DNA of 64,000 nt, taken from Chlorokybus atmophyticus (lineage: Eukaryota > Plantae > Mesostigma and Chlorokybus algae). The stretch spans positions 1 through 64,000 of the forward strand of contig RHPI01000772.1 in the NCBI GenBank assembly GCA_009103225.1, given 5' to 3'. A program made the position numbers and the translations under genes. The notes beneath the pieces are model-generated. The model had not been told where the DNA came from, did not search any database, and saw nothing but the letters and a program-made list of their open reading frames with translations. Shown piece after piece: positions 53,186-64,000 of the stretch. Each line of letters opens with the position of its first letter. The first letter of the stretch is position 1.

Positions 53186-54592
53186 TGGAACTGTAGTAAA
53201 GTCTTTTGTGCATAGTCAGGCGATAGATGTAGTCAGATAGCTGTAGTCAGTAGCGATAGTCATTGCAGCTCCAGTCTGTGTTTCTGGTGCAATGTCAAGT
53301 CGGTTTGAGAGTATAAAACTGCTGGTATGTGCCATGTGTTCACGCAGGCATGCTGTGTACAGGATATGTGAAATGCTGCTTTACGAGCAATGTGTCAATG
53401 ATCATGACAATGCTGATGGCGAGATGATAATAATCGTATTTGAACATTATCATGACTATTTCTTCCCTTGCATTCAAGCAGCTGCTTAATGGGTGGTGTT
53501 TCTAAGTTGCGATTGAAGGTGGGGATAGTTGGCCTGAACTTCTGCACAGCTGACACTCATCACTTGCTTTGGAACTCTGTTAATGGACATACTCATACGC
53601 AAACATGCCTTGAGTATGTATGATACAGCACCCCGTACACTCTCCATGCACAGGGTTTGTGTTTGATGGTCAATTATTATACGTTTTGACATAGGGTGTG
53701 GCTGAATGACTCAATTCCGCACAATTAACACATGCACGGGAAGGGAGATCAGGTAATCAACCACTAATACGTATGTATGCATGCAGTGTTGTTGCATATG
53801 CATTGCTGTGCGCTTGCTGCTGACTGCTAGCTATTGTTCTGCACACAGGGCGAGTGTGCATGTTGTGCAAATTGACGTATACCCTATGCATGCCTGAAGG
53901 GGAGGTCTAGAGTAGCATAGTGTTGTAGGTGTGAACAAACAGTCTATAGCCCGGTGGTTGTCTAGCGTGCTTGCGTGCTGGTTGGTATGCTGCTGTGGGT
54001 GTCATGCATGTCTACTGCTATCTCTCAGATATCCAGAACACATTGCAACGAATACATCCTTGACGTCTGCTCATATGGATGGTGTTGCAGATTGCAGCGT
54101 TGGTGCATGTGAACACAGTGCAACACTTGAACATATGTTCTTGTAAAGACTGTTCATATGTAGCGGCGGTGATGCTTGTTTGCACATCGTCACGCGGCGG
54201 TGCTGGCGGGAGTATGCGGCAGGTTTGAAAACACAGCTGCTCTTTAATAGCGTGCCGAGTTTGCTGGCGAGTGCAATGATATGCTAGCATGTGTAGCTGC
54301 ATACCCAGCACACTCCGACCCCCTTAGCAGCGTGTGCACCTCGAGTCCGGAACTTTTGCAGTGCAAGGAGCACGGGTAACTTTATGGAAGAACCCACATG
54401 AAGGTCCCACCCTCGCTCACTATTATTAGGCTGCCATCGTCAGCAAGGCAAATGTGGCACAGGCAGTGATTCGCCACAAAACTTTTGTGCCATCACAAAT
54501 ATCACTGAAGACAGCTGCAATTACAGCTTTCACCAGGGCAACTCAACAACTCAACTAACAACCACGACAACACGCAAAGTACAAGCGCCACA

Positions 54593-57500
54593 CTAGCTGC
54601 CACGCATGGAGGCACCCAACTTCACAGCTATGAGAGCGACGCCGGCACCAACAATGCCGGCAACGCCTAGCGCAAGCCAACCCGCCCTCAAATCGCTTGC
54701 AGGCTGCCGCTGCTGAAGTAGCAAGGTTGTGACCGCTTCAAGCTGCATGGCGAGGCGGTCCAGATTCACCTGCTGGTGGTTGCTGCTGGTGCGGGGCGTA
54801 GGGAAGTTGCTGGCGGGGGCGTTGTGCTGGGGAGGGGCATTGTGCTGCGTGAGCGTGATCGCGTGCGCGGGGTTGGATTGTGGGAGTGCAAGTGTGGGAG
54901 TGCGAGCTCTGGGGGGTGACTGCCAGGAGCCGTCCGACCCCGCAGGGCTTGCGGATCCAGACCCCTCATTGCTGCCGCTGCCACTGCCGCTGCCGCTAGT
55001 TCGCTTTCGTTGGTGTTGACTCTGCGCGTGCGTGTGCGTTTGCTCGGGGTGCTCGACGCGGCTCTGGACATTGTTGACGCGAACAGTTTGCTCCTCCCGC
55101 GCATCTCCAACACTGCTGCTGGTTGACCCATGTGAACCGCGACGGCCTCGATTCTTGTGCTCCCTGCATGAGCAGCATGGTGAGCAAGCCATGAGCAAGT
55201 TTCATAACCAAATCTGCTGTACGCGCAGACATCCCACACATTTCCCGTTCAAGTATTCACTCGCAAACACACGAGTGGTGTGCTTACCCTAACTCTAGGG
55301 CAGGAGTGCGAGGCCCAACTGGCGGTCTGGGTCGTGGTGCCGCATTCTCCATCCAGCTGAATACAGGACTGGAGGAGTCTTTCGCAATGTGCACAAACTG
55401 GCTGCGCATCTCCTCTGTCAGGGAGCTCGAGTTGAACTCTTCTAACAGCTTTTCCCGTTGCACCTGCACCGAAACAAACCATCATGATATTAGGGTTGCT
55501 GCCCGTGTCACTGACGCAAAGGGTAGAGGCAAACCCATGCGAACAGGTATGACAACAATCACCCTAGCTCACCTGCTCGATGTACGACAACGGCACGTAA
55601 GTCCCCTCCAAACCAAGCTGGCGGCCGACTCGAGCCACAGTCTCCCTGTCTTTACCTTGTATCTGAATGTACTGTCGCCCAAGGAGCTGTATGGTGTCAA
55701 ACTTGATGGCAACATTACTGTCGTAATAAACCTCCGTGGCACGTTTGATAATGGTTCCAATCTCATACCCCAGAGCCATGAGGCCACCCAACACCCGCAC
55801 GCCGACCTCAAAGGTGATGCGGGGCGATATGATGAACGGACTGTCCACAACCCACTCCTCAAACATCAGGGAGTAGCGACCGTCGCGATTGCGCATGCGC
55901 AGGTAGGTCTGGCACGTCTCGGGATCCTCGCCAGGCGGCAGCAAGTATATGTCATACTTCTCTTCATGCAAATGGTGCTTGGGTTCCTCCAGCACAGCAA
56001 TAGCCTCCTCATGCGTCGGTAACTTTGCAGACTTGAGGATGTATGTAGCATTGTTTGTAAAACCGGAGAACGGGTTGAACGTGTTCAGTATGCGAATGTG
56101 GGCTCGCGCCAAATCGGGCTCAATGAAAGCTTTGTACATGGGATACACGGTTTCGGAAATTTGCTGGATGATGGATTCTGGTTCCTGCTCACGACATAGA
56201 AGTTACATCACTGCTCTAGGACCTCAAGATGCACACAATTGGTCTCCCAAAGTAGGTACATGGTGCGCTCCCATCTCATGCGGAGATGCATAGCAAAAGG
56301 CAACCATGCTTGACAAGCTAAACAGCAGGCAAGTGCGTATCCCACAGTGGTGTGCAATATCACTTGTTGCGTATCTTGCGCAAGAAATTGACTGCTGCCC
56401 CTTACCTGGGCAGATCTGCTGATGTCTCTCATGACGCGCTTGACAAGATCCATGTGAACCCCTCCCGTGACCGACACCTTCAAGTCTAGGTGAGGAGACA
56501 GCCGCTCGCTCAAGGCATATATTCCTTCCACAATGACAATACGCGATGCTGGAACTTCCTGTACCCTGCTTGCACGTGCAAAGTTGTGTTAAAAGTGGAA
56601 ATACCCTTAGATGCGATGACATGAAACAAGAAATACTGAGCTAAATGGCTCCAAGATATGCATCGCTTCAACCGCAGAAGTCACTTGACTTACAGCAATC
56701 TTACCTGTACCCGACTCGAGTAGACTTCCTAAAATCATAGATTGGAACATTGGCAGGCTTGCCCTCTCGCAAGCTCGTCAGGTTTTCCAACAGAAGGTCG
56801 TAGTCTGTCAGGCGCGGATCATCAAAATTGCCATCAATCAGTCTAGATGCGTCATTGTACATGTCCATAGATATGTTCGCTGTGCCGGGAATGAAAGAGC
56901 CAACTTTCTCGCTGAAGACCGTCTTGCCAGCGCCAGATGGGCCGGCCAACCCCATGATGATAATCCCATCATTACGCGATCGCAACAGCTGCAAACATAC
57001 AACGCAAGCTCTCACAACAGCGAAGCAGCTGGTAACGGAGCTAGCAGATTGCGGCTCAGACAGTAAAACAGAAGCTATGCATTGGAATGCAAGGAAGTAT
57101 ATTGGTGCACACCTGCAAAGCCCTGATCACCAAAAAGAACCCTTTCTCAAACGAAAGCTGCTCCTTCACCGGCGCAATCTCCCATCTGTTGGATGTCTTG
57201 CCCTTGACCAACTACAACAAGCAGCATACAGTTAGTCACTGCATGCCTACACGTTAGTCACAGAAGGATGCTGATGTCACAGAAGTTACACTAGCAACAA
57301 ACAGCTACTAGCGATAGAAGCTGTATGCAGAAGCCTTGCTTGCAAACCAGACACCAGCCTACACAGGCTGAAAGAGTGAAACTGGCAGCGACAAACCGCA
57401 AGGCACATACCTGCAGCTGGTGCTTCAGCAGGCCTCCAAACCCTCCACTGCCATTGCTTGCTGGCTGCGCAGCCGAAGCTGGTGCCGCAGACTGCACTCC

Positions 57501-58131
57501 CTGCCAACATACAGCATTCATCAACACCAACATAGCAACTCTTGCTGTAAGCTGTCTTGACAAAGTCACAGCAGCAAGGGCAGTGCACACTTGGCCAAAT
57601 TTTGCATCGTACGCAGCCGAATCACAGCACACAAGGGTTGACCCCGATGTCAATGGTAAGAATTGTCCAATCTCAAGTAGGAATCTCAAACAGGCTTGAG
57701 TGCGCTGAGACAAGCGCAGATCCAGGCTCACTACCACCATATCGCAATTGCTGGGTTAATCAAACCATTAACAGACAGTTCATTCGAGTCCATCCAAAGT
57801 GAGCTATCACTTGGAGCAGGTTGACCATACTGTCAACGGTGGTGAGGATTGTTAAACAGACACAACTAGCTGCACTGCAACAACAGGAGACCTGGGCTCG
57901 CTACCACGGTGTTGCCATGGCTACAGTAAACGAAAGATCCAACAACAAAACTCAGATCAAGGCGATCAAGCGCGTAGCTTAGATACTGAACACGTGAAAC
58001 TCTAAGCCAACACTTCAAGCCAAGCAGCAAATCGTGTGATGGAGCACAAACAGCATTCAACTTGTCAAGCTGGACGCAACAACGATGCGATTGAGCGTCA
58101 CCAGCAGTCGCACCTTACTACGAGCATCCAT
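54593..58131 (-). CDS. TTM: Triphosphate tunnel metalloenzyme TTM1/TTM2-like (uridine kinase-like domain, CYTH domain, C-terminal TM anchor)
   Basis: LSFEKGFFLVIRALQ, GLAGPSGAGKT, DPRLTDYDLL, VTGGVHMDLVKR, YDIYLLPPGEDP, FEEWVVDSPFIISPRITFEV, SYIEQ; hydrophobic tail. The first exon (ATG 58131) is inferred. Confidence 0.92.
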
Positions 58132-59422
58132 AATTGAGTCGAAGGGAGGGCAGGACGGCAATGCTTTGGCCAGCTACTGCTGCCTGGCCGCACTACCACG
58201 GTTCCTGGCATGCCTCCCGCCAACGACGCCGCCGCCCATACCACTGGCGCGCGGCGGCCTCACCATCGCTACCTAGCCATGCGTACACGAAGATAGAATT
58301 GGCTGAAGCCGCACGGCGAACGTCGCCGCCGCCCACGACCCCGCCTCAGCCGCCGCTAGCCACACTGCCGCCGCCACACAGCACGGGCACAGGCGGGAAG
58401 AGTTGTCATTCCACAGCGTTATGCATAACGTTGCAACATGCGTCGCGAGTGGCAGTTTCCCGCAGTTCGCTGATGCGGATGTCGATATCTTAACGTTTGT
58501 TACGTTGTTGATTGCCAGTTACGTTCAATCTAATGCCGGTTCATGCCGTACCCATATAAGCGCGAACTCTACCAGTGATTGACAATCCGCATAGCTTGAT
58601 GGACATTGGTCCTACTTGAAGTCGAGACTTGCTTGGGGTGCTAGGAGTGGGTTTAGGAATGAGTCCCCAATTTACCAGCGCGCTGTTCACTTGACCGTGT
58701 TTGGTTTTTGTATTGCCTAGGCCTGCCAGCGTACGGAGCGCCTAGCTATAAAAGCTATAAAAGCCAAAAATGAGAAAGCTATAATTGCAAAGTTTATTGA
58801 CCAGATTCTTGCACGCCCCTATCACGGTCGAGAAGTTCTTCCGGGATGCAAGTTGCAGAGATTGTCCGGAAGACGTGAGCGCTTGTAGGGAGCGGACTGT
58901 CAGCCGCGGACGGAGAATAGCGTCGTACCAAAAGAAAACCGCAACACTGCAGAGGGTAAACAAAAGGGGGTATCTATTTCAGCCGTGGATGACCGACAAC
59001 TGTCGAGTGAAGCCCGACGCTCTGTGTCTGAGCTCATGACATATCGGCCGGCAACGTTACGCCATGCAGCGGTTGTGGCCGGTGAGTTCAGCATAGTACA
59101 GCGTGGTTTGGCCTTAACGGGGCTCCGACGGCGACGCTGCTGATTTCGATGGCAAACCACGGTTACTACTGCGGTAAGGCGGTTTAAACCGTTCGGCTTC
59201 AACTGCGCTCGTTAACCACATTAGGGCTTTTCGGCCACTCACCTACCGGACTGCTGCGGGCGGCGTCGGCGGCGGTGGCGGCGGCGGCGGCGGCGATGTG
59301 CTTAAGGTGGTGACGGGCTGGCTGGGTGGGCAGGCGCGTCTCTGAAACAATTTTGTGTTGCAGCGTTGCGTGCGTGGGCGCTGGACTTGGAGTTTGAGCC
59401 AGGTGTATGGGGGTGCGGCAGC

Positions 59423-59436
59423 TAGGGTTAGGGTTT
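59423..59436. promoter_or_regulatory. Telo-box TAGGGTTAGGGTTT in the TTM/PWR divergent region
   Basis: Two overlapping telomere-like units about 90 bp before the candidate PWR ATG. Confidence 0.45.
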
Positions 59437-59522
59437 CTGGGGCGATGCTAGCGCCTGGGCGTCATGGGCAACAGCGGCGGTGCTTTGCGGATTGCTGGGG
59501 AGAACGCCGATGAGATCGGGCT

Positions 59523-62500
59523 ATGGAGGAAGAGGCTGCCAGAACCTCGTTCGCCGGCGGGCTCGCGCAAGGCGGAGACCCTGAGCGGCAGAGCTTGCTA
59601 CTCGTGAGGTGAGCACCCCTGGGATGGCAAGCAGAGCAGATGGAGGGTCAAGAACTCTTTACAACGAGTTACTGCTAAGCCGTAGCGCTTAGACGCATCA
59701 CACACCACGTTTAACAAGCCAAGATAACCTGTGAGTGTCGATCAGCTGCTTGTTGGTGCGTGTTCCACCCAGCGCTTGTGCAGATTGTGTATCTGACGGC
59801 GTGTTGCCCCAATTTCTGTGGTCGTTGGCTCCGTGTTCAGCACAGTGTGCGTCGTCCCTCTGATCGCGCAGATATTGCTGGCAGCATCCAGTTTTGTACT
59901 AGCGCAGTCGGTGGTTCTTTTCATCCATGCGGTCTTTGTCCCTTTAGGCGACTGCTGATTAGGCGCCGTCACTTATAGGTTACATGTCATAGATTCAGTT
60001 CCTACAGCATTCATGCTAGCGAGTCATATTTGCATCTGACTTCCGAGCATTACAACTGTTCAGTCTTACTGACTAGGCTCCTTTCCTGCCCTAATTTGGA
60101 TAACCTGTCGGTTGAAGCATGGCACGTACGAGATGTTGCTGCTTGACTAACAGTGGTTGTGATCATGCTATGCGCAGGGCATGTCGCCACCAACAACACC
60201 CGTTTACCCGCCACCAGTGCGGACGGATCCTCGCCAGGTGCCTGGCAACGGGCAGCCAGCTATAACTTCCCCTGGCAACACCTTTGGAGCGGTGCGTCGC
60301 ACCGGAGCTGCCATTGGCAATGGTCCTGGGACTCCTACGACAGTGCCCCTGGTTCACAGTCCGCTGAGTCAAGATCGTGGTGGTGCGGGATGGCCAAGTC
60401 TTCGCAATGGCTCATACCCTGGGGGCGCGTCTCCCAACAATGGAAGCTACGGTGATGTTGGAGCACCCCTTCTGGGCAAGGTAATAGTTGCTATGCCCTC
60501 TACCAATTCCGTCAGTGCCATTGCTTTTGCACGTGAGATTGTGGAACGTGCATGTTTCAATGTACTAGTTCTGACCTCGCCATGTACCAGAGGTTCAAAC
60601 CGGAAAACCGCACGCACAGCTTGGATGCTCTTTCTATGCGCGAGCGTGACTACCACATTGAAATACCTCCCCGGAAAAGCTTTTATGGTGATGGTAGATT
60701 TAGAGCAGATAGCCCTGCGACATCTCTCAATAGTACAGAACGCATGTCAGGGCGCCTGGAACGCATGGAGCCTACAACAGGGTTGTTGTCCCCAGCAGGT
60801 TTGTGTTGATCAGTTCAGCTGTTTCGCCAATGGCGAGGAACCCTTGCCTGCTTGCGGTTGCAGTGCTGACCGTTGCATGTTTGTAGGTTGGCAAACAGAC
60901 AGGCCTGCTGGTGCAGGTGACATGCGTAAGGATTTGAAGGATATCTGGGACATCAAGGACAACGATGTGCCCTCATTCAAAAGAACAGCAAGTGCTGGTG
61001 TTGTTGCTAGAGACTTTGGGAGCAGCCCACGCGTGGTATGATTACTGGCTTGCCATACGTTTCTGTATGTGGGCAAGTTTATAGAGCTTACAATGTTTGC
61101 AGGCAAGCTTGATGAATGATCGCTCAGACCATCGAAGTGCTCATGATCTGTTGCGTTCTGAACACCGTGAACCAGATGCACCCAGTGATAGCCCAGTCAG
61201 CTCAGCACCCACTGCAGGTGCCTTGATTAGCCAACCTGCTTGACTTTGCATATTTGATGTCGACAAGTCGTTGTACTTCAGACAGTGTGCGATGGCGCAT
61301 TGTATGGGCCAGAGTACCCATCAAGACAGGCGCTGATTTGTGCACTTGTGACGCAGCCAATGTGCAGTTCTGGAGGTCGCACTTTGTGGGAAACTCGCCC
61401 AGCGTGCTTCCGTCAAGCACGCCCAGTGGTCTTCCTTCAGGTCTCAGCGCTCGTACTTCAGCACCATTGGATGGAGCTGGCGTATCCAGAGGGGATCTAG
61501 CTCTCAGCGCTCGCAGTCCTGGACAAGTCTCGCCATCGACCAGTCTGGACACCACCTCAGTACCAGCACCAACCACGTCTTCGCCTTCCTCGCCTCCACC
61601 GCAGAAGCGACCTCGGCTTGGTTGGGGGCAAGGGTTGGTGGCGTTTGAGAAGAAAGTTGGGGCTGATGAGTCTGAGGAGGATGGAGGAATAGAGATGAAG
61701 CCATCGCTCAAAGTGCTGTCAAGGATGGGGGAAAGTGCCGTCAAGCAAGGTGAAGGAGCGCTCACTGCAAACAGACTTGCCAGTGACGCTGTTGACAACC
61801 TCTCCGGGCCAGTCCAGTCCATGGCTGAGGAGGCAGAGATGCAGACCGGAGCAAGCTTGGTAGCAACTGACAAGGACAATGTCATTTTACAGAGCTCTGC
61901 TCGTTTGGCGGAGGATGGCACAGAGCTTGGCAAGCAGCCTGTCGAGCTGCTCGATGACTCCAGTAGGTCTGGTGATCCATTTCTGTCTGCCACCCTCGCA
62001 GAGTGTCAGCCTCCTGGCACTACACCATCAGCAAGCACAGATCTTGCTGCTTTGTATGGGCTTGCCCCTTCTGTGAAACCCCAGGATTCCAGCCCATCTG
62101 CTGTGCCCTCACCCTCAAAGTCGCCAGTGCTGGTTGACAGCAGTGCTCGGCAGTTTTCAACCGGTATTGCAGGAGTTGGCCTGCAACCATCAAGCATAGA
62201 AGGGGTTGTTTACTCGCAGCTTGCTTCAGAAGCTGTGACAGAGCTCAAGTATAGTATTGCAGCTGTCAGTGATGAACCACAGCTGGAGGCTGCTGTTGCA
62301 CCAGAGGCCACGCATGACGTGTCTTTGGACCATGCCCAACCTGGCGTTGAGACAGTTGCCTCCCTCACTGCAATGTTGGGCCTTGAGGGAGTTGTCTCCA
62401 AAGAGCAAATTCTGTCTCGCATGGAAAAAGTGGATCAGGAGATTGAACAACTTGAGAAAAAGCTGGCACAGCAGACGGTGTCAGCACCTGTAGATATTGT

Positions 62501-64000
62501 GAAGGCTGAAGAGGAAGGTGTCGGATATCATCAAGTTGCTGAGGTTCGTGGTCTGGTGAGTGCGGCTTGATACTGACTACCAGTTTTCTAAACCTACGTG
62601 TTCACCAGGCACATGCTGCACAAGACGCTGGAGCCACTCAAATTCAGTCTATGGAGACGCATGGGTCCAAATTTGCCAAGGTATGACGCGATGCTAGTGA
62701 TACTTGCTGTGTGCACAGTTGTAGTAACATTGTCCGCTTTTGCAGGCAATGGGTGCTGCTTTGGAGTCAGCTGTCAAGGGGGAGGCTGTAGTAAAGCTTG
62801 AAGCTATGGAAGCCGACAGTACACTCCCTGCAAGACAGCACACATTGTCGCAATTACCTATGAGTTCACCGGGTACCCTTGAGCCCCACCTGGTTGCACT
62901 GACAGCGCAAGAACGGAAGCAGCTCATTGACAACATCCTTGCTGAAAACAACAAAATGGCTGTAAAAACGCACTTGGTTTTCAATGGGCTGCAGCCCAAC
63001 AGCGCTCTGCCAGACTCTTCACTGTCAGCAGCAGCTATGCAGGCTGTGCATAGTCAGAATCAGAGACGGCATGCTGCAGTCATGGAGCAGATGGCGGCGG
63101 TTCTTGCCAAGCGCAAGCAGGTAATGTGCTAAGCTATTCTCATGCAAGCCTTTGTGATTGTTATGCAGGATGGATCTGCTGCATGGCACAATAAGTCATG
63201 CGAACACTTTATCTGCAGGCATTGCTGGAGAAGGAGCGGACGCTGGCTTTGGAGCATCGCAAACTGAGGGAATTGTGGAAGCACCGTGAGTCATTGCTGT
63301 CGCGGTCAACTGGCAAGTTGGACCTCATGGAGCGTCGACCGCCGCTTCCACCATTCAGAAGTTCCTCACGCTTGAGGGCTTCCATGTCTGATACTGTGCG
63401 CAGTGACTACGAGGAACTGCAGGTGTTGTCATACTTGCAAGCTGCTGAACAACGCCGCACCCTGGTACGGGTTCCACCGATGATTCTGAGTGAGAGAGAG
63501 CGACATGCCCAGCGTCTTCCCAGCAAGAATGGTTTGGTTGAAGATCCGGATGCGGAGGAAGAACAGCGCAAGCACATATTTCCATGGTCGGCAGCTGAGC
63601 AGAAAATATTTTTGGAAAAATTTGCACTGTACAACAAAAACTTTACCAAGATCGCGTCCTTCCTTGAGCATCGCTCTACTGCTGATTGCGTTCGCTTCTA
63701 CTACCAGAACCAAAAGTCAGAAGAGTTTCAGCGCGTGCGGTCAAAGCAACAGCTGAAGAAAAGGCACCCGCGAACAGCTCATTATCTCATGTCTTATACA
63801 GAGAACAAACAACCAGCATCCGCAGCACGGGAATTGTCAGTTAAAAGCTTGCGAAGTGCGCGGTTTGGTGGGCTGGATAGGTTGCGTCCAGCAGACTCCT
63901 CCATGGCGGCTGACAATGCCAGCAGTGTGAACTTGAGACCACCGACCAAGGATGCACGCAGTTTTGGAGGTTGGACACCCAACGGTGCCCTCATCACCAA
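59523..64000 (+). CDS. PWR: POWERDRESS/NCoR-like SANT-domain protein, runs off the window end; start uncertain
   Basis: KRPRLGWGQGLVAFEKK (plant PWR-type motif), SKEQILSRMEKVDQEIEQLEKKL, IDNILAENNK, SANT1 PWSAAEQKIFLEKFALYNKNFTKIASFLEHRSTADCVRFYYQNQK. Confidence 0.88.

Overview
Eukaryotic, intron-rich nuclear DNA from a green alga, probably an early-diverging streptophyte (inference from gene content, short GT-AG introns and telo-box promoters). Three N gaps (13598-14177, 22532-22760, 45106-46051) and two homopolymer runs limit reliability. The left ~15 kb is a degenerate minus-strand Ty3/Gypsy retrotransposon with the order gag - unknown domain - protease - DNMT3-like cytosine methyltransferase - RT - RNase H - DDE integrase - PHD finger. 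Its DNMT is split by a 454-bp solo LTR with a 5-bp TSD. Its ends are not ordinary LTRs: they form an A1...B1-A2-B2 split-direct-repeat arrangement like that of tyrosine-recombinase elements, with a CA-gc-TG junction and an apparent self-priming site instead of a tRNA PBS. This is the best candidate for an undescribed system. A second accessory block (~23.6-33.3 kb) holds an intact zinc finger/coiled-coil/RING gene between long inverted repeats, a GIY-YIG ORF and a degenerate Helitron Rep-helicase, separated by related repeat blocks. Host genes are a fungal/algal-type GT2 glycosyltransferase, BTB-MATH (BPM), FKBP16-3, a TauD/clavaminate-synthase-like dioxygenase, HSP101/ClpB1, a TTM1/2-like uridine kinase-CYTH protein and a 3'-truncated POWERDRESS/NCoR-like SANT protein. 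No rRNA, tRNA or CRISPR array was recognised. All family calls come from motif recognition by eye; no searches were run.
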